From the NCBI GenBank assembly GCA_041674805.1, contig JBAYVA010000002.1:184294-248293 (forward strand): a DNA stretch of 64,000 nt, read 5' to 3'. Positions 29,280 to 39,852 of this stretch are shown here, piece by piece. The first letter of the stretch is position 1; each line of letters opens with the position of its first letter. The notes under the pieces were generated by a model. It did not search any database. It was not told where the DNA came from and saw nothing but the letters and a program-made list of their open reading frames with translations. Source of the stretch: Candidatus Magasanikiibacteriota bacterium (GTDB lineage Bacteria > Patescibacteriota > Patescibacteriia > Magasanikbacterales > UBA922). Both the position numbers and the translations under genes were made by a program.

Positions 29280-32200
29280 ATGTCACGCGATACATTTCAC
29301 TCTATGAATTTTGACGCTTTGCGTCTAAAAGTCGCTTCTCCTCAGACTATCCGTAAGTGGTCTTTTGGTGAAGTCTATAAACCAGAAACGATAAATTATC
29401 GTACTCAAAAACCAGAAAAAGGTGGCCTTTTTGCTGAAGAAATTTTTGGACCTACCAAAGATTGGGAGTGTTACTGTGGAAAATACAAAAAAATTCGTTA
29501 TAAAGGAATTGTTTGTGATAAATGTGGAGTCGAAGTCACACATTCACTTGTACGTCGTGAACGTATGGGTCATATTGAATTAGCAACTCCAGTTTCTCAC
29601 ATTTGGTTTTTACGTACTATTCCTTCACGTATTGGTTTAGTTTTAGATTTGTCTATTCAATCATTAGAAAAAGTAATTTATTTTGCTTCTTTTATCATTA
29701 CTAATGTTGATGAAAATGAAAAAAAACTTATTGCTGATGCTTTGAAAAAAGAACATAAAACAAAAAAGAAAGAAATTGAAATTGAATTTAGTAGTAAATC
29801 AGCTAAAGCTGAAAAAACAGCTATCGCTGATTTAGAAACTGAACGTGATAGAAAATTTGAAAGTTTGGAAGAAGATTTCAAAGAAGCTGAAGAAGAATTA
29901 AAAGATATTGAAATGATGAGTATTATTTCTGAATCACGTTATCAAAATTTATCTTTACGTTACGGACATTTGTTTGAAGCTGGTATTGGTGCTGGTGCTA
30001 TTCGTGGTTTACTTGAAAGATTGGATCTTGCTGAAACAATCAAGAGATTAGAAACTGAATTAAAGAAAAGTAAAGGTGCTAAACGTGAACGTCTAATGCG
30101 TCGTATCAAACTTTTGAAGAGTTTGAACAAAAATAATATTCGTCCAGAATGGATGATTTTGACAAATTTGCCAGTAGTTCCACCAGATTTACGTCCTATG
30201 GTAGCTCTTGATGGTGGACGTTTTGCTACTTCAGATTTAAATGATTTATATCGTCGTGTTATCAATAGAAATAATCGTTTGCGTCGTTTGATTGATTTGA
30301 ATGCACCTGAAGTTATTTGTCGTAATGAAAAGCGCATGTTACAAGAAGCAGTAGATGCTTTGATAGATAACAATGCTCGTGCTACAAAAACAGTTCGTGC
30401 TTCAACTGGACAAAAACGTCAATTGCGTTCTTTGGCAGATATTTTGAAAGGTAAACAAGGTCGTTTCCGTCAAAATTTGCTTGGTAAACGTGTTGATTAT
30501 TCTGGCCGTTCTGTAATCGTAGTAGGACCAAATTTGAAAATTAGTGAATGTGGTTTGCCAAAAATGATTGCACTTGAACTTTTCAAACCTTTTATCATGT
30601 CGGAGATTATCAAGCGGGAACTTGCCCACAATGTTCGCAGTGCTTCTAGATTTATTGAAAGTAATGCTTCTGAAGTTTGGGATATTTTGGAAGAATTAAC
30701 AAAGAAAACTCGCGTACTTTTGAATCGTGCTCCTACTTTGCATAGACTTGGTATTCAAGCTTTTCGTCCTACTTTGGTTGAAGGTAAAGCAATTAGACTT
30801 CATCCTCTTGTTTGTGCGGCTTTCAATGCCGATTTTGATGGAGATCAAATGGCTGTTCATTTACCTTTGTCAGAACAAGCAAAATGGGAAGCTGAAAACT
30901 TGATGGCTTCAGAAAAGAATTTACTTAAACCAGCGACTGGTTCTCCTGTGATAACTCCTCAACAAGATATTGCTCTTGGTTCTTATTATTTGACAAAACT
31001 TGATTATGAAAATGTTGATGAAAAAAATATCAAAGTTTTTTCTAGTGTGACAGAAGCTAAGTATGCTTATAAAACTAGAGTTATCAAACTTCGTGAAACT
31101 ATCAAAGTAAGATTTGATAATTTGGATAAATTTGAAGCAGGTACAAATAAATTTGTGAAAACAAGTTTTGGTCGTATTCTTTTCAATGAAATTTTACCAG
31201 ACAAAATTTCTTATTACAATCAAACTGTAACTAAAAAAGATTTGAGTAATATTATCCAATTTTTACTTGAATTTTATGGTCAAGAAATTACAGCTGAACA
31301 TTTAGACAAAATAAAAGATTTGGGTTATAAATACGCTACAAAATCAGGTTATTCACTTGGTAAAAGTGATTTCCCTGCAATTCCTGCTAAAAAAGAATTA
31401 TTGGCTGAAGCTGATAAAAAAGTATTGTTGGTGCAAGAACAATATGCAGAAGGTTTACTTACAGACTCTGAACGTCATGGTAAAGTATTGGAAATTTGGA
31501 CAGAAGCCAAAGACAAGTTGGTGTCTATGAGTAAAGAAGTTTTGAGTCAAGATAAATCAGTATTTGCGATGATTGATTCTGGTGCTCGTGGTAGTTGGGG
31601 CCAATTGGGTCAAGTTATCGCGATGAAAGGTCTAGTAGCTTCTCCTTCTGGAGACGTTATTGAGTTGCCTGTAAAGAGAAACTTCAAAGAAGGTTTTGAT
31701 GTTCTTGAATTCTTTATCTCATCTCATGGTACTCGTAAAGGTTTGTCAGATATGGCTCTTCGTACAGCTAATGCTGGTTATTTGACTCGTCGTCTAGTAG
31801 ATGTTGCTCAAGAAGTTGTTGTAAAAGAAGAAGATTGTGGAGATAACGATGGTGAAATGTTTACAATAGAACAATCAAAACAAATGGGTGAAAAATTAGC
31901 AGAACGTGTGCTTGGTCGCTATGTTTTGGCTGATGTAAAATTTGGCAAAGAAGTAATATTAAAAGCAGGTGAAGTAGTAACAGCTGAATCTTCTCGTATT
32001 ATTGAAAAAGAAAATATTGATAATATTCATGTTAGATCAGTTTTACAATGTAAATTAGCCAAAGGTGTCTGTACCAAATGTTATGGTTTTGATTTGAGTA
32101 ATCGTAAACCTGTAAAAATTGGTACAGCTGTTGGTGTTATTGCTGCTCAATCTATCGGTGAACCTGGTACACAGCTTACTATGCGTACTTTCCATTTGGG

Positions 32201-33203
32201 TGGTGTTGCTGGTGGCGGAGATATCACACAAGGTTTGCCTCGTGTTGAAGAACTTTTTGAGGCACGTAATCCAAAACGTAAAGCTTTCTTATCTGAAGTT
32301 GCTGGTAGTGTAGAAATTGAAGATGCTGATGGCAAAATTATTACAGCTCCTACTGGTAGAAAAATCTTTGAAGGACGTCGTGGTCAAAAAATTGTCAAAG
32401 TTCATCATGAAGGAACTGAAGAAATGACTTTTGAAATTACAGAAAATGATGATGTCAAAGTTGCTGATGGTCAAAAAGTCAAAAAAGGTGATAAAATTGT
32501 TATTTTAGGTGGTTCTGGTGAAGAAATCAAAGCTCCTAGTGCTGGTAGTGTACGTATTGATGGTGAAACTTTGGTTTTATCTTATGACGGCAAAACAACA
32601 AAGGAATATATTATTCCTGTTGGTTACAAATTGTGGGTTAATAATGGAGACGTTATTGAAAAAGGTGATCAATTAACAGATGGTGCTGTTGAATTGAAAG
32701 AATTATTTCTATTAAAAGGACAAGATGCTGTGAAGAGATATGTGCTTGCAGAAATCCAAGAAATTTATGCTTCACAAGGTCAAAGATTGAATGACAAACA
32801 TATTGAAATTATTATCAAACAAATGTTTAGTCGTGTCTTCATAGAAGAACCTGGCGATACAGATTTGTTGCCTGGTGAAATAGTAGAAAGATCACAATTG
32901 ATTTTGGCCAATAGACAAGCTAAAAAAGAAGGTGTCAAACCAGCAAAAGCACGTGAAATGCTGATGGGTATTAGTAAGATTTCTCTTACAACTCAAAGTT
33001 TCTTATCATCTGCTTCTTTCCAAGAAACATCTCGTGTACTTGTTTCAGCTGCTATTACTGGTAAGATTGATTATCTTGAAGGTCTAAAGGAAAATGTGAT
33101 TATCGGTCGTCTTATTTCTGCTGGTACTGGTGTTTCTGGTATCCCAGAGTTGGAAGACAAAATCAAAGAAGTGGAACAAGTCGAAACTTCTAAAGCTGAA
33201 TAA
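29280..33203 (+). CDS. rpoC: RNA polymerase subunit beta'
   Basis: Zn finger CYCGKYK, FNADFDGDQM, GEPGTQLTMRTFH. Confidence 0.99.
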   Translation: MSRDTFHSMNFDALRLKVASPQTIRKWSFGEVYKPETINYRTQKPEKGGLFAEEIFGPTKDWECYCGKYKKIRYKGIVCDKCGVEVTHSLVRRERMGHIELATPVSHIWFLRTIPSRIGLVLDLSIQSLEKVIYFASFIITNVDENEKKLIADALKKEHKTKKKEIEIEFSSKSAKAEKTAIADLETERDRKFESLEEDFKEAEEELKDIEMMSIISESRYQNLSLRYGHLFEAGIGAGAIRGLLERLDLAETIKRLETELKKSKGAKRERLMRRIKLLKSLNKNNIRPEWMILTNLPVVPPDLRPMVALDGGRFATSDLNDLYRRVINRNNRLRRLIDLNAPEVICRNEKRMLQEAVDALIDNNARATKTVRASTGQKRQLRSLADILKGKQGRFRQNLLGKRVDYSGRSVIVVGPNLKISECGLPKMIALELFKPFIMSEIIKRELAHNVRSASRFIESNASEVWDILEELTKKTRVLLNRAPTLHRLGIQAFRPTLVEGKAIRLHPLVCAAFNADFDGDQMAVHLPLSEQAKWEAENLMASEKNLLKPATGSPVITPQQDIALGSYYLTKLDYENVDEKNIKVFSSVTEAKYAYKTRVIKLRETIKVRFDNLDKFEAGTNKFVKTSFGRILFNEILPDKISYYNQTVTKKDLSNIIQFLLEFYGQEITAEHLDKIKDLGYKYATKSGYSLGKSDFPAIPAKKELLAEADKKVLLVQEQYAEGLLTDSERHGKVLEIWTEAKDKLVSMSKEVLSQDKSVFAMIDSGARGSWGQLGQVIAMKGLVASPSGDVIELPVKRNFKEGFDVLEFFISSHGTRKGLSDMALRTANAGYLTRRLVDVAQEVVVKEEDCGDNDGEMFTIEQSKQMGEKLAERVLGRYVLADVKFGKEVILKAGEVVTAESSRIIEKENIDNIHVRSVLQCKLAKGVCTKCYGFDLSNRKPVKIGTAVGVIAAQSIGEPGTQLTMRTFHLGGVAGGGDITQGLPRVEELFEARNPKRKAFLSEVAGSVEIEDADGKIITAPTGRKIFEGRRGQKIVKVHHEGTEEMTFEITENDDVKVADGQKVKKGDKIVILGGSGEEIKAPSAGSVRIDGETLVLSYDGKTTKEYIIPVGYKLWVNNGDVIEKGDQLTDGAVELKELFLLKGQDAVKRYVLAEIQEIYASQGQRLNDKHIEIIIKQMFSRVFIEEPGDTDLLPGEIVERSQLILANRQAKKEGVKPAKAREMLMGISKISLTTQSFLSSASFQETSRVLVSAAITGKIDYLEGLKENVIIGRLISAGTGVSGIPELEDKIKEVEQVETSKAE

Positions 33204-33222
33204 AATTATTGTTAATTGGAAG

Positions 33223-33251
33223 AACTCCTCGTGAAAACGGGGAGTTTTTTT
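33223..33251 (+). terminator. Intrinsic terminator after rpoC
   Basis: AACTCCTCGT-GAAA-ACGGGGAGTTTTTTT. Confidence 0.8.
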
Positions 33252-33407
33252 ATATAGCATAATATGCAGATTAAGCAAAATAAACAAAGTAAGTAACTTT
33301 ATGAACTTTTGACTTTATAACTTTATGAACTTATTTTGTTCTTGATTTTCCCTTCAAAATATGCTAAATTATATTCAACAAATAAGAATTATTTTAATCT
33401 AAAATAT

Positions 33408-34136
33408 ATGTCCGGACACTCAAAATGGCATAATATACAAGGTAAAAAAGGTAAAGCTGATAAGGCTCGTAGTAATTTGTTTACCAAATTGGCGAAAACT
33501 ATTACTGTAGCAGCTCAACTCGGTGGTGGCGACCCTGAGATGAATTTTTCTCTTCGTTTAGCAATTGACAAAGCCAAAGTTGGTAATATGCCCAAAGATA
33601 ATATTGAACGTGCAATAAAGCGTGGTACTGGTGAGTTGGAAGGTGGAACTTTGCAAGAAGTTGTTTATGAAGGTTATGGACCTGGAGGAGTAGCTTTACT
33701 TATTAAAACTGTTACTGACAATATCAATCGTACTATTTCAGAGTTGAAAGGTGTTTTCAATAAATATAATGCTTCTCTTGGTGCAAAAGGTTCTGTGCAA
33801 TGGCAATTCGAAAATGTGACGGTTGTTCGTATCACAGCTGAAGAAAAAGCAAAAATTAAAAATTGGGAAGAATCTCAACTTGAGCTTATGGATGCTGGAG
33901 TAGATGATATTCGTGAAAGTGAGGAAGGCGTAGAGCTTATTGGTGCTATGGATAAATTTCAATCTATTATGGAAGCTGTTGAAAAACTTGGGGTTGGTAT
34001 AGAAACTTCTGGTTTAGAGTGGCTTGCCAAAGAAACAATTGAACTTCCTGCAGACAAGTCTGAATCATTAGAAAAGTTAGTAGAAGCTTTGCATGATTTG
34101 GATGATATTGAGGATGTTTATACTAATGAACAATAA
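33408..34136 (+). CDS. yebC: YebC/PmpR family protein
   Basis: MSGHSKWHNI, NMPKDNIERAIKRG, YEGYGPGG. Confidence 0.95.
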   Translation: MSGHSKWHNIQGKKGKADKARSNLFTKLAKTITVAAQLGGGDPEMNFSLRLAIDKAKVGNMPKDNIERAIKRGTGELEGGTLQEVVYEGYGPGGVALLIKTVTDNINRTISELKGVFNKYNASLGAKGSVQWQFENVTVVRITAEEKAKIKNWEESQLELMDAGVDDIRESEEGVELIGAMDKFQSIMEAVEKLGVGIETSGLEWLAKETIELPADKSESLEKLVEALHDLDDIEDVYTNEQ

Positions 34137-34252
34137 AGGCTTACAAAGCTTACTAGGCTAACAAGGCTAACAAGGCTTACAATGCTAAAAATTAGAAATT
34201 GAAAATTAATTCATTGTTTGAAAATTTAAAATTTCTAAATTTCTAAATTATA
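34136..34252 (+). repeat. 9-bp (AAGGCTTAC/AAGGCTAAC) and 7-8 bp (GAAAATT) tandem arrays
   Basis: aaggcttac aaagcttac taggctaac aaggctaac aaggcttac aatgctaaa. Confidence 0.8.
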
Positions 34253-34256
34253 AAAT

Positions 34257-34754
34257 ATGTCCAAAAAAAATGAACGTATCTTAGGTGTGGATCCTGGCTT
34301 CGGTCGCATCGGTTGGGGAGTGATTGAAAACAAAAAAGGCAAATGGGTTGGTGTGGCATATGGTTGTATTGAAACTGACAAAAAAGCTGATTTCGTGACA
34401 AGATTAGAAGAAATTAGTATTGATTTGACTGCTATAATAAAAAAATATAAACCAGAGTTTAGTGCGGTCGAAGAATTATTTTTTTACAAAAATGTGACGA
34501 CAGCTATCAAAGTTGGACAAGCGCGTGGAGTTATTTTACTTACTTTGAAACAACAAAATGTAGTTGTATACGAATATACTCCTTTGCAAATAAAGCAAAG
34601 TATTACCGGTTATGGTCGGGCTGAAAAAGGGCAGTTGCAGCGTATGGTAAAGATGATGCTTGGGGTGAAGAAAGCAATCACTCCCGATGATGCTGCAGAT
34701 GCTTTGGCCGTGGCATTGACTTGTAGTACTGGGTTGAGGATGCTTAGAATGTAA
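34257..34754 (+). CDS. ruvC: Holliday junction resolvase RuvC
   Basis: ILGVDPG, VEELFF, GQARGV, DDAADALAVA. Confidence 0.97.
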   Translation: MSKKNERILGVDPGFGRIGWGVIENKKGKWVGVAYGCIETDKKADFVTRLEEISIDLTAIIKKYKPEFSAVEELFFYKNVTTAIKVGQARGVILLTLKQQNVVVYEYTPLQIKQSITGYGRAEKGQLQRMVKMMLGVKKAITPDDAADALAVALTCSTGLRMLRM

Positions 34755-34765
34755 TATATAAAAAT

Positions 34766-35104
34766 ATGGATAATAATATAACTCCAAAGATGTCTTTTTT
34801 TAAGAGGATAAAAGATCCGATAGCTTTAAAAATTTTACTTTTTGCATTTTTATTTTTTATATTTTCGAAAATAATTGTTAAATTAGCTAATTTTTTAAAT
34901 TTGTCTAGTATCGATCTTGTTTTTTTGTGTTTGTTTTTTGCATCATATACTACGTTTGTAATGTTGGTAATTTACTTTATACTATTTTTAATAAAACCAG
35001 GGCTAATAAAAAAAGACTTTTTTAAGTCGGTATTTATTTTTTTTATAAAAGTATTTATTATTTTTATTTTAATTATAGGTTTTTTTTCTAGTTTTATGGG
35101 GTAG
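34766..35104 (+). CDS. Hypothetical small membrane protein
   Basis: Three hydrophobic segments; very AT-rich. Confidence 0.5.
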   Translation: MDNNITPKMSFFKRIKDPIALKILLFAFLFFIFSKIIVKLANFLNLSSIDLVFLCLFFASYTTFVMLVIYFILFLIKPGLIKKDFFKSVFIFFIKVFIIFILIIGFFSSFMG

Positions 35105-35170
35105 ATAAACTACTCTGTAAATCAAAAAACACCAGCTCAATCGAGACTGGTGTTTTTAAATTTAAAAAAA

Positions 35171-35662
35171 TTATTTAGTCTTTACTACATAAGTCCTAGC
35201 CAACAAATCATGCCAAGCTCTTTTTTGTGGCTCAAATCCAGCCCAGATGAAACCAATGAAAAATGGAACAGCACTAACTATTGTAGAGAAAAAACGTATA
35301 AAAGATTGTGATGTATTAATATTTTCTCCTTGTTCATTTACAATTTTTAGTCCTAAAATAATTTTGCCAGGAGTAGCTGATTTCCAAATCCAAAATCCTA
35401 TAATGTAAGTCATAGGCACTATAACTTTCCATCCAGTATAAGTGAAGGCTAAACCAGCAGGTCCAAGACTACTTGCCCCAAAGAAGAAACCTATTATATA
35501 TAGTCCAACACAATCTAGAATAATCGCCAAAAATCTAATCCAAAATCCAGCATATTGTCTTTCCTCAGGTTTTACATTTATAGTTGTTGGTGTTGGTATT
35601 GTGCTAGGTGTATCCATTTTTGAATTTAATACTTCTGTGTTTTGTTTTGGTTGTGTTTCCAT
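35171..35662 (-). CDS. RDD family protein
   Basis: YAGFWIRFLAIILD, ATPGKIILGLKIV, KRAWHDLLARTYVV. Confidence 0.9.
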   Translation of the reverse strand: METQPKQNTEVLNSKMDTPSTIPTPTTINVKPEERQYAGFWIRFLAIILDCVGLYIIGFFFGASSLGPAGLAFTYTGWKVIVPMTYIIGFWIWKSATPGKIILGLKIVNEQGENINTSQSFIRFFSTIVSAVPFFIGFIWAGFEPQKRAWHDLLARTYVVKTK

Positions 35663-35788
35663 ATAGTATGTTAATAAGTAAATATATTATTATATTATCA
35701 TTGTTTATATATTTTTGACAACAGTCATCTGGTTTTTGTTTATTAGATATGATAAAATATACATATATTAAATTATAACAAAAAATTT

Positions 35789-36799
35789 ATGTCTAAAAAA
35801 ATAAAAATTGCTATCAATGGTTTTGGTAGAATAGGTCGTCATGCTTTCAAAGTTGCCATGACCAAAAAAAATTTGGAAGTAGTAGCTATCAATGATTTGA
35901 CTGATACTAAAACTTTGGCGCACTTGCTCAAATATGATACTGCTTATTCAAAAACTAATTTGAAAATAAGTTTTGATGAAAAAAATCTTATCGTCAATGG
36001 TAAAAAAATACCATGTTTTGCGATGCGTGATCCAAAAGAATTACCTTGGAAAAAGATGTCAGTAGAGGTAGTGATTGAATGTACTGGCGTGTTTTTGACC
36101 AAAGAATTAGCTGGTTTACATTTACAAGCTGGTGCCAAAAAAGTTGTTTTGTCAGCTCCTGCTAAAGGTGATGATATTACTACTTATGTACGTGGTTTGA
36201 ATTGTGAAAGCTACAAAAAAAACAAAGAAACAATTATTGATAATGCTTCTTGTACTACCAATTGTGCTGCACCAGTGATGAAAGTATTAGAAAGTGATTT
36301 TGGTGTAGAAAAAGCAATGTTAACAACAATTCATTCTTATACAGCAGACCAAAATTTGCAAGATGGTCCACACAAAGATTTGCGTCGTGCTAGAGCTGCT
36401 TGTCAAAATATTGTACCAACTTCTACCGGTGCTGCCAAAGCTACTACGAAAGTTGTGCCAGAATTACAAAATAAATTTGATGGTCTAGCGATACGTGTGC
36501 CGACTATTACAGGTTCTTTGACAGATTTTACTGTTTTATTGAAAAAGAGTGTTACAAAAGAAGAAGTAAACAAAGCTTTGATAAAAGCAAGTAAAACTTA
36601 TTTGAAAGGTATTTTGACTACAACAGAAGAACCTATAGTTTCATCAGATGTTATTGGCAATGTTTATTCTTCTATTGTGGATTTGGAATTGACAAATGTA
36701 GTTGGTGGTAATTTGGTAAAAGTAATTTCTTGGTATGATAATGAATGGGGTTATGCTAATAGATTGGTAGAAATGGTGGAGATAGTGGGAAAAAACTAA
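35789..36799 (+). CDS. gap: Type I glyceraldehyde-3-phosphate dehydrogenase
   Basis: AINGFGRIGR, NASCTTNC, WYDNEWGY. Confidence 0.98.
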   Translation: MSKKIKIAINGFGRIGRHAFKVAMTKKNLEVVAINDLTDTKTLAHLLKYDTAYSKTNLKISFDEKNLIVNGKKIPCFAMRDPKELPWKKMSVEVVIECTGVFLTKELAGLHLQAGAKKVVLSAPAKGDDITTYVRGLNCESYKKNKETIIDNASCTTNCAAPVMKVLESDFGVEKAMLTTIHSYTADQNLQDGPHKDLRRARAACQNIVPTSTGAAKATTKVVPELQNKFDGLAIRVPTITGSLTDFTVLLKKSVTKEEVNKALIKASKTYLKGILTTTEEPIVSSDVIGNVYSSIVDLELTNVVGGNLVKVISWYDNEWGYANRLVEMVEIVGKN

Positions 36800-36865
36800 A
36801 GAGGAATGAGGAACGAGTAATGTGGAATGAGGAATCAAAATATTAAATTAAAAAATTACAAAAAG

Positions 36866-36966
36866 GGTTCTCCCCCTATTAGGGGGAGTTAGAGGGGGTC
36901 CATCTTTGAACAAGACGTTTTATCTTATAAAAGACCTCCCCTAGCCCCTCCTAATAGGAGGGGGAT
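36866..36966. repeat. REP-like doublet element; reverse-complement copy at 51521-51613
   Basis: CTCCCCCTATTAGGGGGAGTTAGAGGGGGTCCATCTTTGAA...CCCCTAGCCCCTCCTAATAGGAGGGG. Confidence 0.8.
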
Positions 36967-36984
36967 TCATAAAATTTATTTTTT

Positions 36985-38181
36985 ATGAAGACTATTAGTA
37001 AACTAAAAGATCTTACAAATAAAATTGTACTTTTAAGAGTAGATTACAACGTTCCACTAAAAAAAGGTGAGATTTTGGATGATGAAAAAATTGTAAAATC
37101 TTTGCCAACCATAAGAATGTTGCAAGCCAAAAAAGCTAAGATTATTATAGTTACTCATTTGGGACGTCCTGAAGGCAAAGTAGTAGCTTCTTTGAAAGTA
37201 GATCCCATAGCTGTAAGATTGGGTGAGTTATTAAAACAAAAAATTGTAAAATTGGATACCAAAGATTGGTCAAAAAATAAAAATGACAAAATCCGTTTGG
37301 ATTTGATTACGACAGTAGATGCTTTGCGTCCAGCTGAAGTCGCTATGATGGAAAACATTCGTTTTTCACCAGATGAAGAAGATAATAAAGGTGATTTGTC
37401 ACAAGAATTGGCTAATCTTGCAGATATTTTTGTACTAGATGGTTTTGCTGTTGCTCATCGGGCGGATGCCTCTGTTGTTGGTGTAGACAAATATTTACCT
37501 AGTTATGCTGGCTTACTTTTGGAAACAGAAATAAAAATTTTGACAAAAGTTTTGAAAAATCCAAAAAAGCCTTTTGTTTCTATTATTGGTGGCATAAAAG
37601 CAGAAACAAAAATTCCTGTGATGAAAAATTTGTTGAAGACAAGTAATCATTTATTGATTGGCGGAGGTATTGTAAATACTTATTTGTATGCACTTGGTTA
37701 CAAAGTAGGAGCTTCTATTATTGATAAAGATTATGCTCAAGAAATTTTGAAATATTGTAAAAATAAAAAAGTAGTAAAACCTTTGGATGTAGTGGTAGGG
37801 GATATAAAAGGTAAAAAATATTTTGTCATGGATATAAATGAAAAATTCAAAATTACTGACAAAAATTTAGCAATTTATGATATTGGTCCAAAAACTATTC
37901 ATGAATTTTCTAAAATTATCAAAAAAGCTAATACCATTATCTGGAATGGAGCCATGGGATATTTTGAACAAAATCCGTATCAATATGGTACTTATAGTAT
38001 AGCTCGTTTGGTAGCTAGTAGATCAAAAGGTAAAGCTTTTGCTGTGGTTGGTGGAGGAGAAACAATTTTGAGTTTGGAAGCTGTAAAGATGACAGAATAT
38101 GTTGATCATGTTTCTACTGGTGGTGGTGCTATGCTTGAATTTTTGTCTGGTAAAAAATTGCCTGGATTAAAAATATTATAG
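36985..38181 (+). CDS. pgk: Phosphoglycerate kinase
   Basis: LRVDYNVP, HLGRP, ENIRF, WNGAMG, HVSTGGGAMLEFL. Confidence 0.97.
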   Translation: MKTISKLKDLTNKIVLLRVDYNVPLKKGEILDDEKIVKSLPTIRMLQAKKAKIIIVTHLGRPEGKVVASLKVDPIAVRLGELLKQKIVKLDTKDWSKNKNDKIRLDLITTVDALRPAEVAMMENIRFSPDEEDNKGDLSQELANLADIFVLDGFAVAHRADASVVGVDKYLPSYAGLLLETEIKILTKVLKNPKKPFVSIIGGIKAETKIPVMKNLLKTSNHLLIGGGIVNTYLYALGYKVGASIIDKDYAQEILKYCKNKKVVKPLDVVVGDIKGKKYFVMDINEKFKITDKNLAIYDIGPKTIHEFSKIIKKANTIIWNGAMGYFEQNPYQYGTYSIARLVASRSKGKAFAVVGGGETILSLEAVKMTEYVDHVSTGGGAMLEFLSGKKLPGLKIL

Positions 38182-38215
38182 TTCACAGTTCGGAGTTCAT
38201 AGTTCATAGAAAAAT

Positions 38216-38476
38216 ATGAAAAAAATAAAATGTTTGCGTAAAAAAATAGATTGTGTTGATAAAAGAATTTTGAAATTGCTTGCAAAGCGTTTTGTTTTGA
38301 CTGACAAAATTGGTGCAATCAAAAAATTAGAAAAGATTGAAATAGAAGATAAAAGTAGGGAAGTAGAAATTTTAGAAAAATTTGAAAAACTTTCACAAAA
38401 ATTTAATCTTGATAAAAATTTTACAACCAATCTTCTCCAACTAATTTTGCAAGAATCAAAAAAGAGACAATCTTAG
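38216..38476 (+). CDS. Chorismate mutase (AroQ-type)
   Basis: LRKKIDCVDKRILKLLAKR...IGAIK...DKSRE...ILQESKKRQ. Confidence 0.8.
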   Translation: MKKIKCLRKKIDCVDKRILKLLAKRFVLTDKIGAIKKLEKIEIEDKSREVEILEKFEKLSQKFNLDKNFTTNLLQLILQESKKRQS

Positions 38477-38501
38477 CAATTTGTTTTTATGTTTTCATGC
38501 T

Positions 38502-38535
38502 TTTCAGCCCTAGGCTGATCCGCCTTGGTCGGAAA
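38502..38535. repeat. Double-hairpin mini-element; related reverse copy at 53346-53379
   Basis: TTTCAGCC-CTA-GGCTGA-TCCGCC-TT-GGTCGGAAA. Confidence 0.65.
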
Positions 38536-38609
38536 TGTTTTAATTTGATGTCTCTTGCCATCACCCTCATTTTGAGATAAACTAAAGATGTAAATAATAA
38601 CGAAAAACT

Positions 38610-39596
38610 ATGAGTAAAAAAATAATCTTCTCCGCTATTCAACCGACTGGCAACTTGCATATCGGTAATTATCTTGGCGCTGTCAAAAATTGGGTAGAAC
38701 TACAGAAAAATGAGGACTATGAGTGTATTTTTTGTATTGCAGATTATCATGCGATGACCGGCGACAAGACAGCTCAAGATAGACGAGATCAGATTGTGCT
38801 TATGGCGGCTGAGCTTTTGGCTTTGGGAATTGATCCTAAGAAATCTACTTTCTTCGTCCAATCTCATGTGCCAGAGCATACTGAGCTTGCTTGGATTTTC
38901 AATACTGTGACTCCGATTGCTGAATTGGAAAGAATGACTCAATACAAAGATAAATCTCAAAAACAAATAAAAAATATCAATACAGGACTTCTGACATATC
39001 CTACTCTTATGGCTGCTGATATTTTGCTTTATCATACAGATTTGGTTCCTGTTGGAGAAGACCAAATTCAGCACGTAGAGCTTACTCGAGATATCGGTCG
39101 CTGGTTCAATAATAAATATGCTGAAAATTATTTTGGAGAAGTGAAGCCTTTGCTCACAGAAATTCCTAGAGTAAAAAGTTTACTAGAACCAACTAGAAAA
39201 ATGAGTAAGAGTTATGGGCTAAATCATGTTTTGGAACTTGCAGATGAACCAGAAGTGATTTTGGCTAAGCTCAAAAAAGCTGTAACCGCTAGTGAGCCAG
39301 GTGAAAAATCTCCAGGTGTAGAAAACTTATTATTACTATTAAAAAACTTTGCAGATGAGGCTGTGTATAACAAATTTGTAGAAGCTGAAAAAGGTGGTAC
39401 TATTAAATACGGAGAGTTAAAAAATATTTTAGCAGAAGCGATTGGTGCTTACTTCGTTGAATTCAGACAGAGACGGACAGAACTTTTGGAAAATAGAAAT
39501 GAACTTGCTTCTATATTAGCGGAAGGTGAAGAAAAGGCTAGCAAGATTGCAAAGAGTACTATGAGAGAAATCAGACAGCTCATTGGAATTAGGTAA
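38610..39596 (+). CDS. trpS: Tryptophan-tRNA ligase
   Basis: QPTGNLHIGNYLGA, YPTLMAADILLY, VGEDQIQHVE, KMSKS. Confidence 0.97.
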   Translation: MSKKIIFSAIQPTGNLHIGNYLGAVKNWVELQKNEDYECIFCIADYHAMTGDKTAQDRRDQIVLMAAELLALGIDPKKSTFFVQSHVPEHTELAWIFNTVTPIAELERMTQYKDKSQKQIKNINTGLLTYPTLMAADILLYHTDLVPVGEDQIQHVELTRDIGRWFNNKYAENYFGEVKPLLTEIPRVKSLLEPTRKMSKSYGLNHVLELADEPEVILAKLKKAVTASEPGEKSPGVENLLLLLKNFADEAVYNKFVEAEKGGTIKYGELKNILAEAIGAYFVEFRQRRTELLENRNELASILAEGEEKASKIAKSTMREIRQLIGIR

Positions 39597-39639
39597 GAAT
39601 CTTTATTCATCTAAACATTATAGAAAGGGGGTGAAAAAT

Positions 39640-39852
39640 ATGAAAGCATTACATATGGTAGCTTTTTTACTAGTCGTAGTAGGAGCTTTGAATTGGTTGT
39701 TGGTAGGTCTATTTTCTTTCGATTTAGTTACATTTCTTTTCAATGAAAATTTGTACATTATCGCTAGAATAGTTTACGTATTGGTAGGTCTATCTGGTCT
39801 TGTGCTTCTTTTCACTCATAAAAAGGATTGTAAAGAATGTACTGGTCAATAA
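39640..39852 (+). CDS. DUF378 family membrane protein
   Basis: Strong SD AGGGGGTGA; LVVVGALNWLLVGLF, RIVYVLVGLS. Confidence 0.88.
   Translation: MKALHMVAFLLVVVGALNWLLVGLFSFDLVTFLFNENLYIIARIVYVLVGLSGLVLLFTHKKDCKECTGQ

Noticed and set aside
38216-38476. Aromatic amino-acid biosynthesis operon or Trp attenuator before trpS
   Set aside because: Only a lone chorismate mutase is present; I saw no Trp-rich leader or T-box upstream of trpS.
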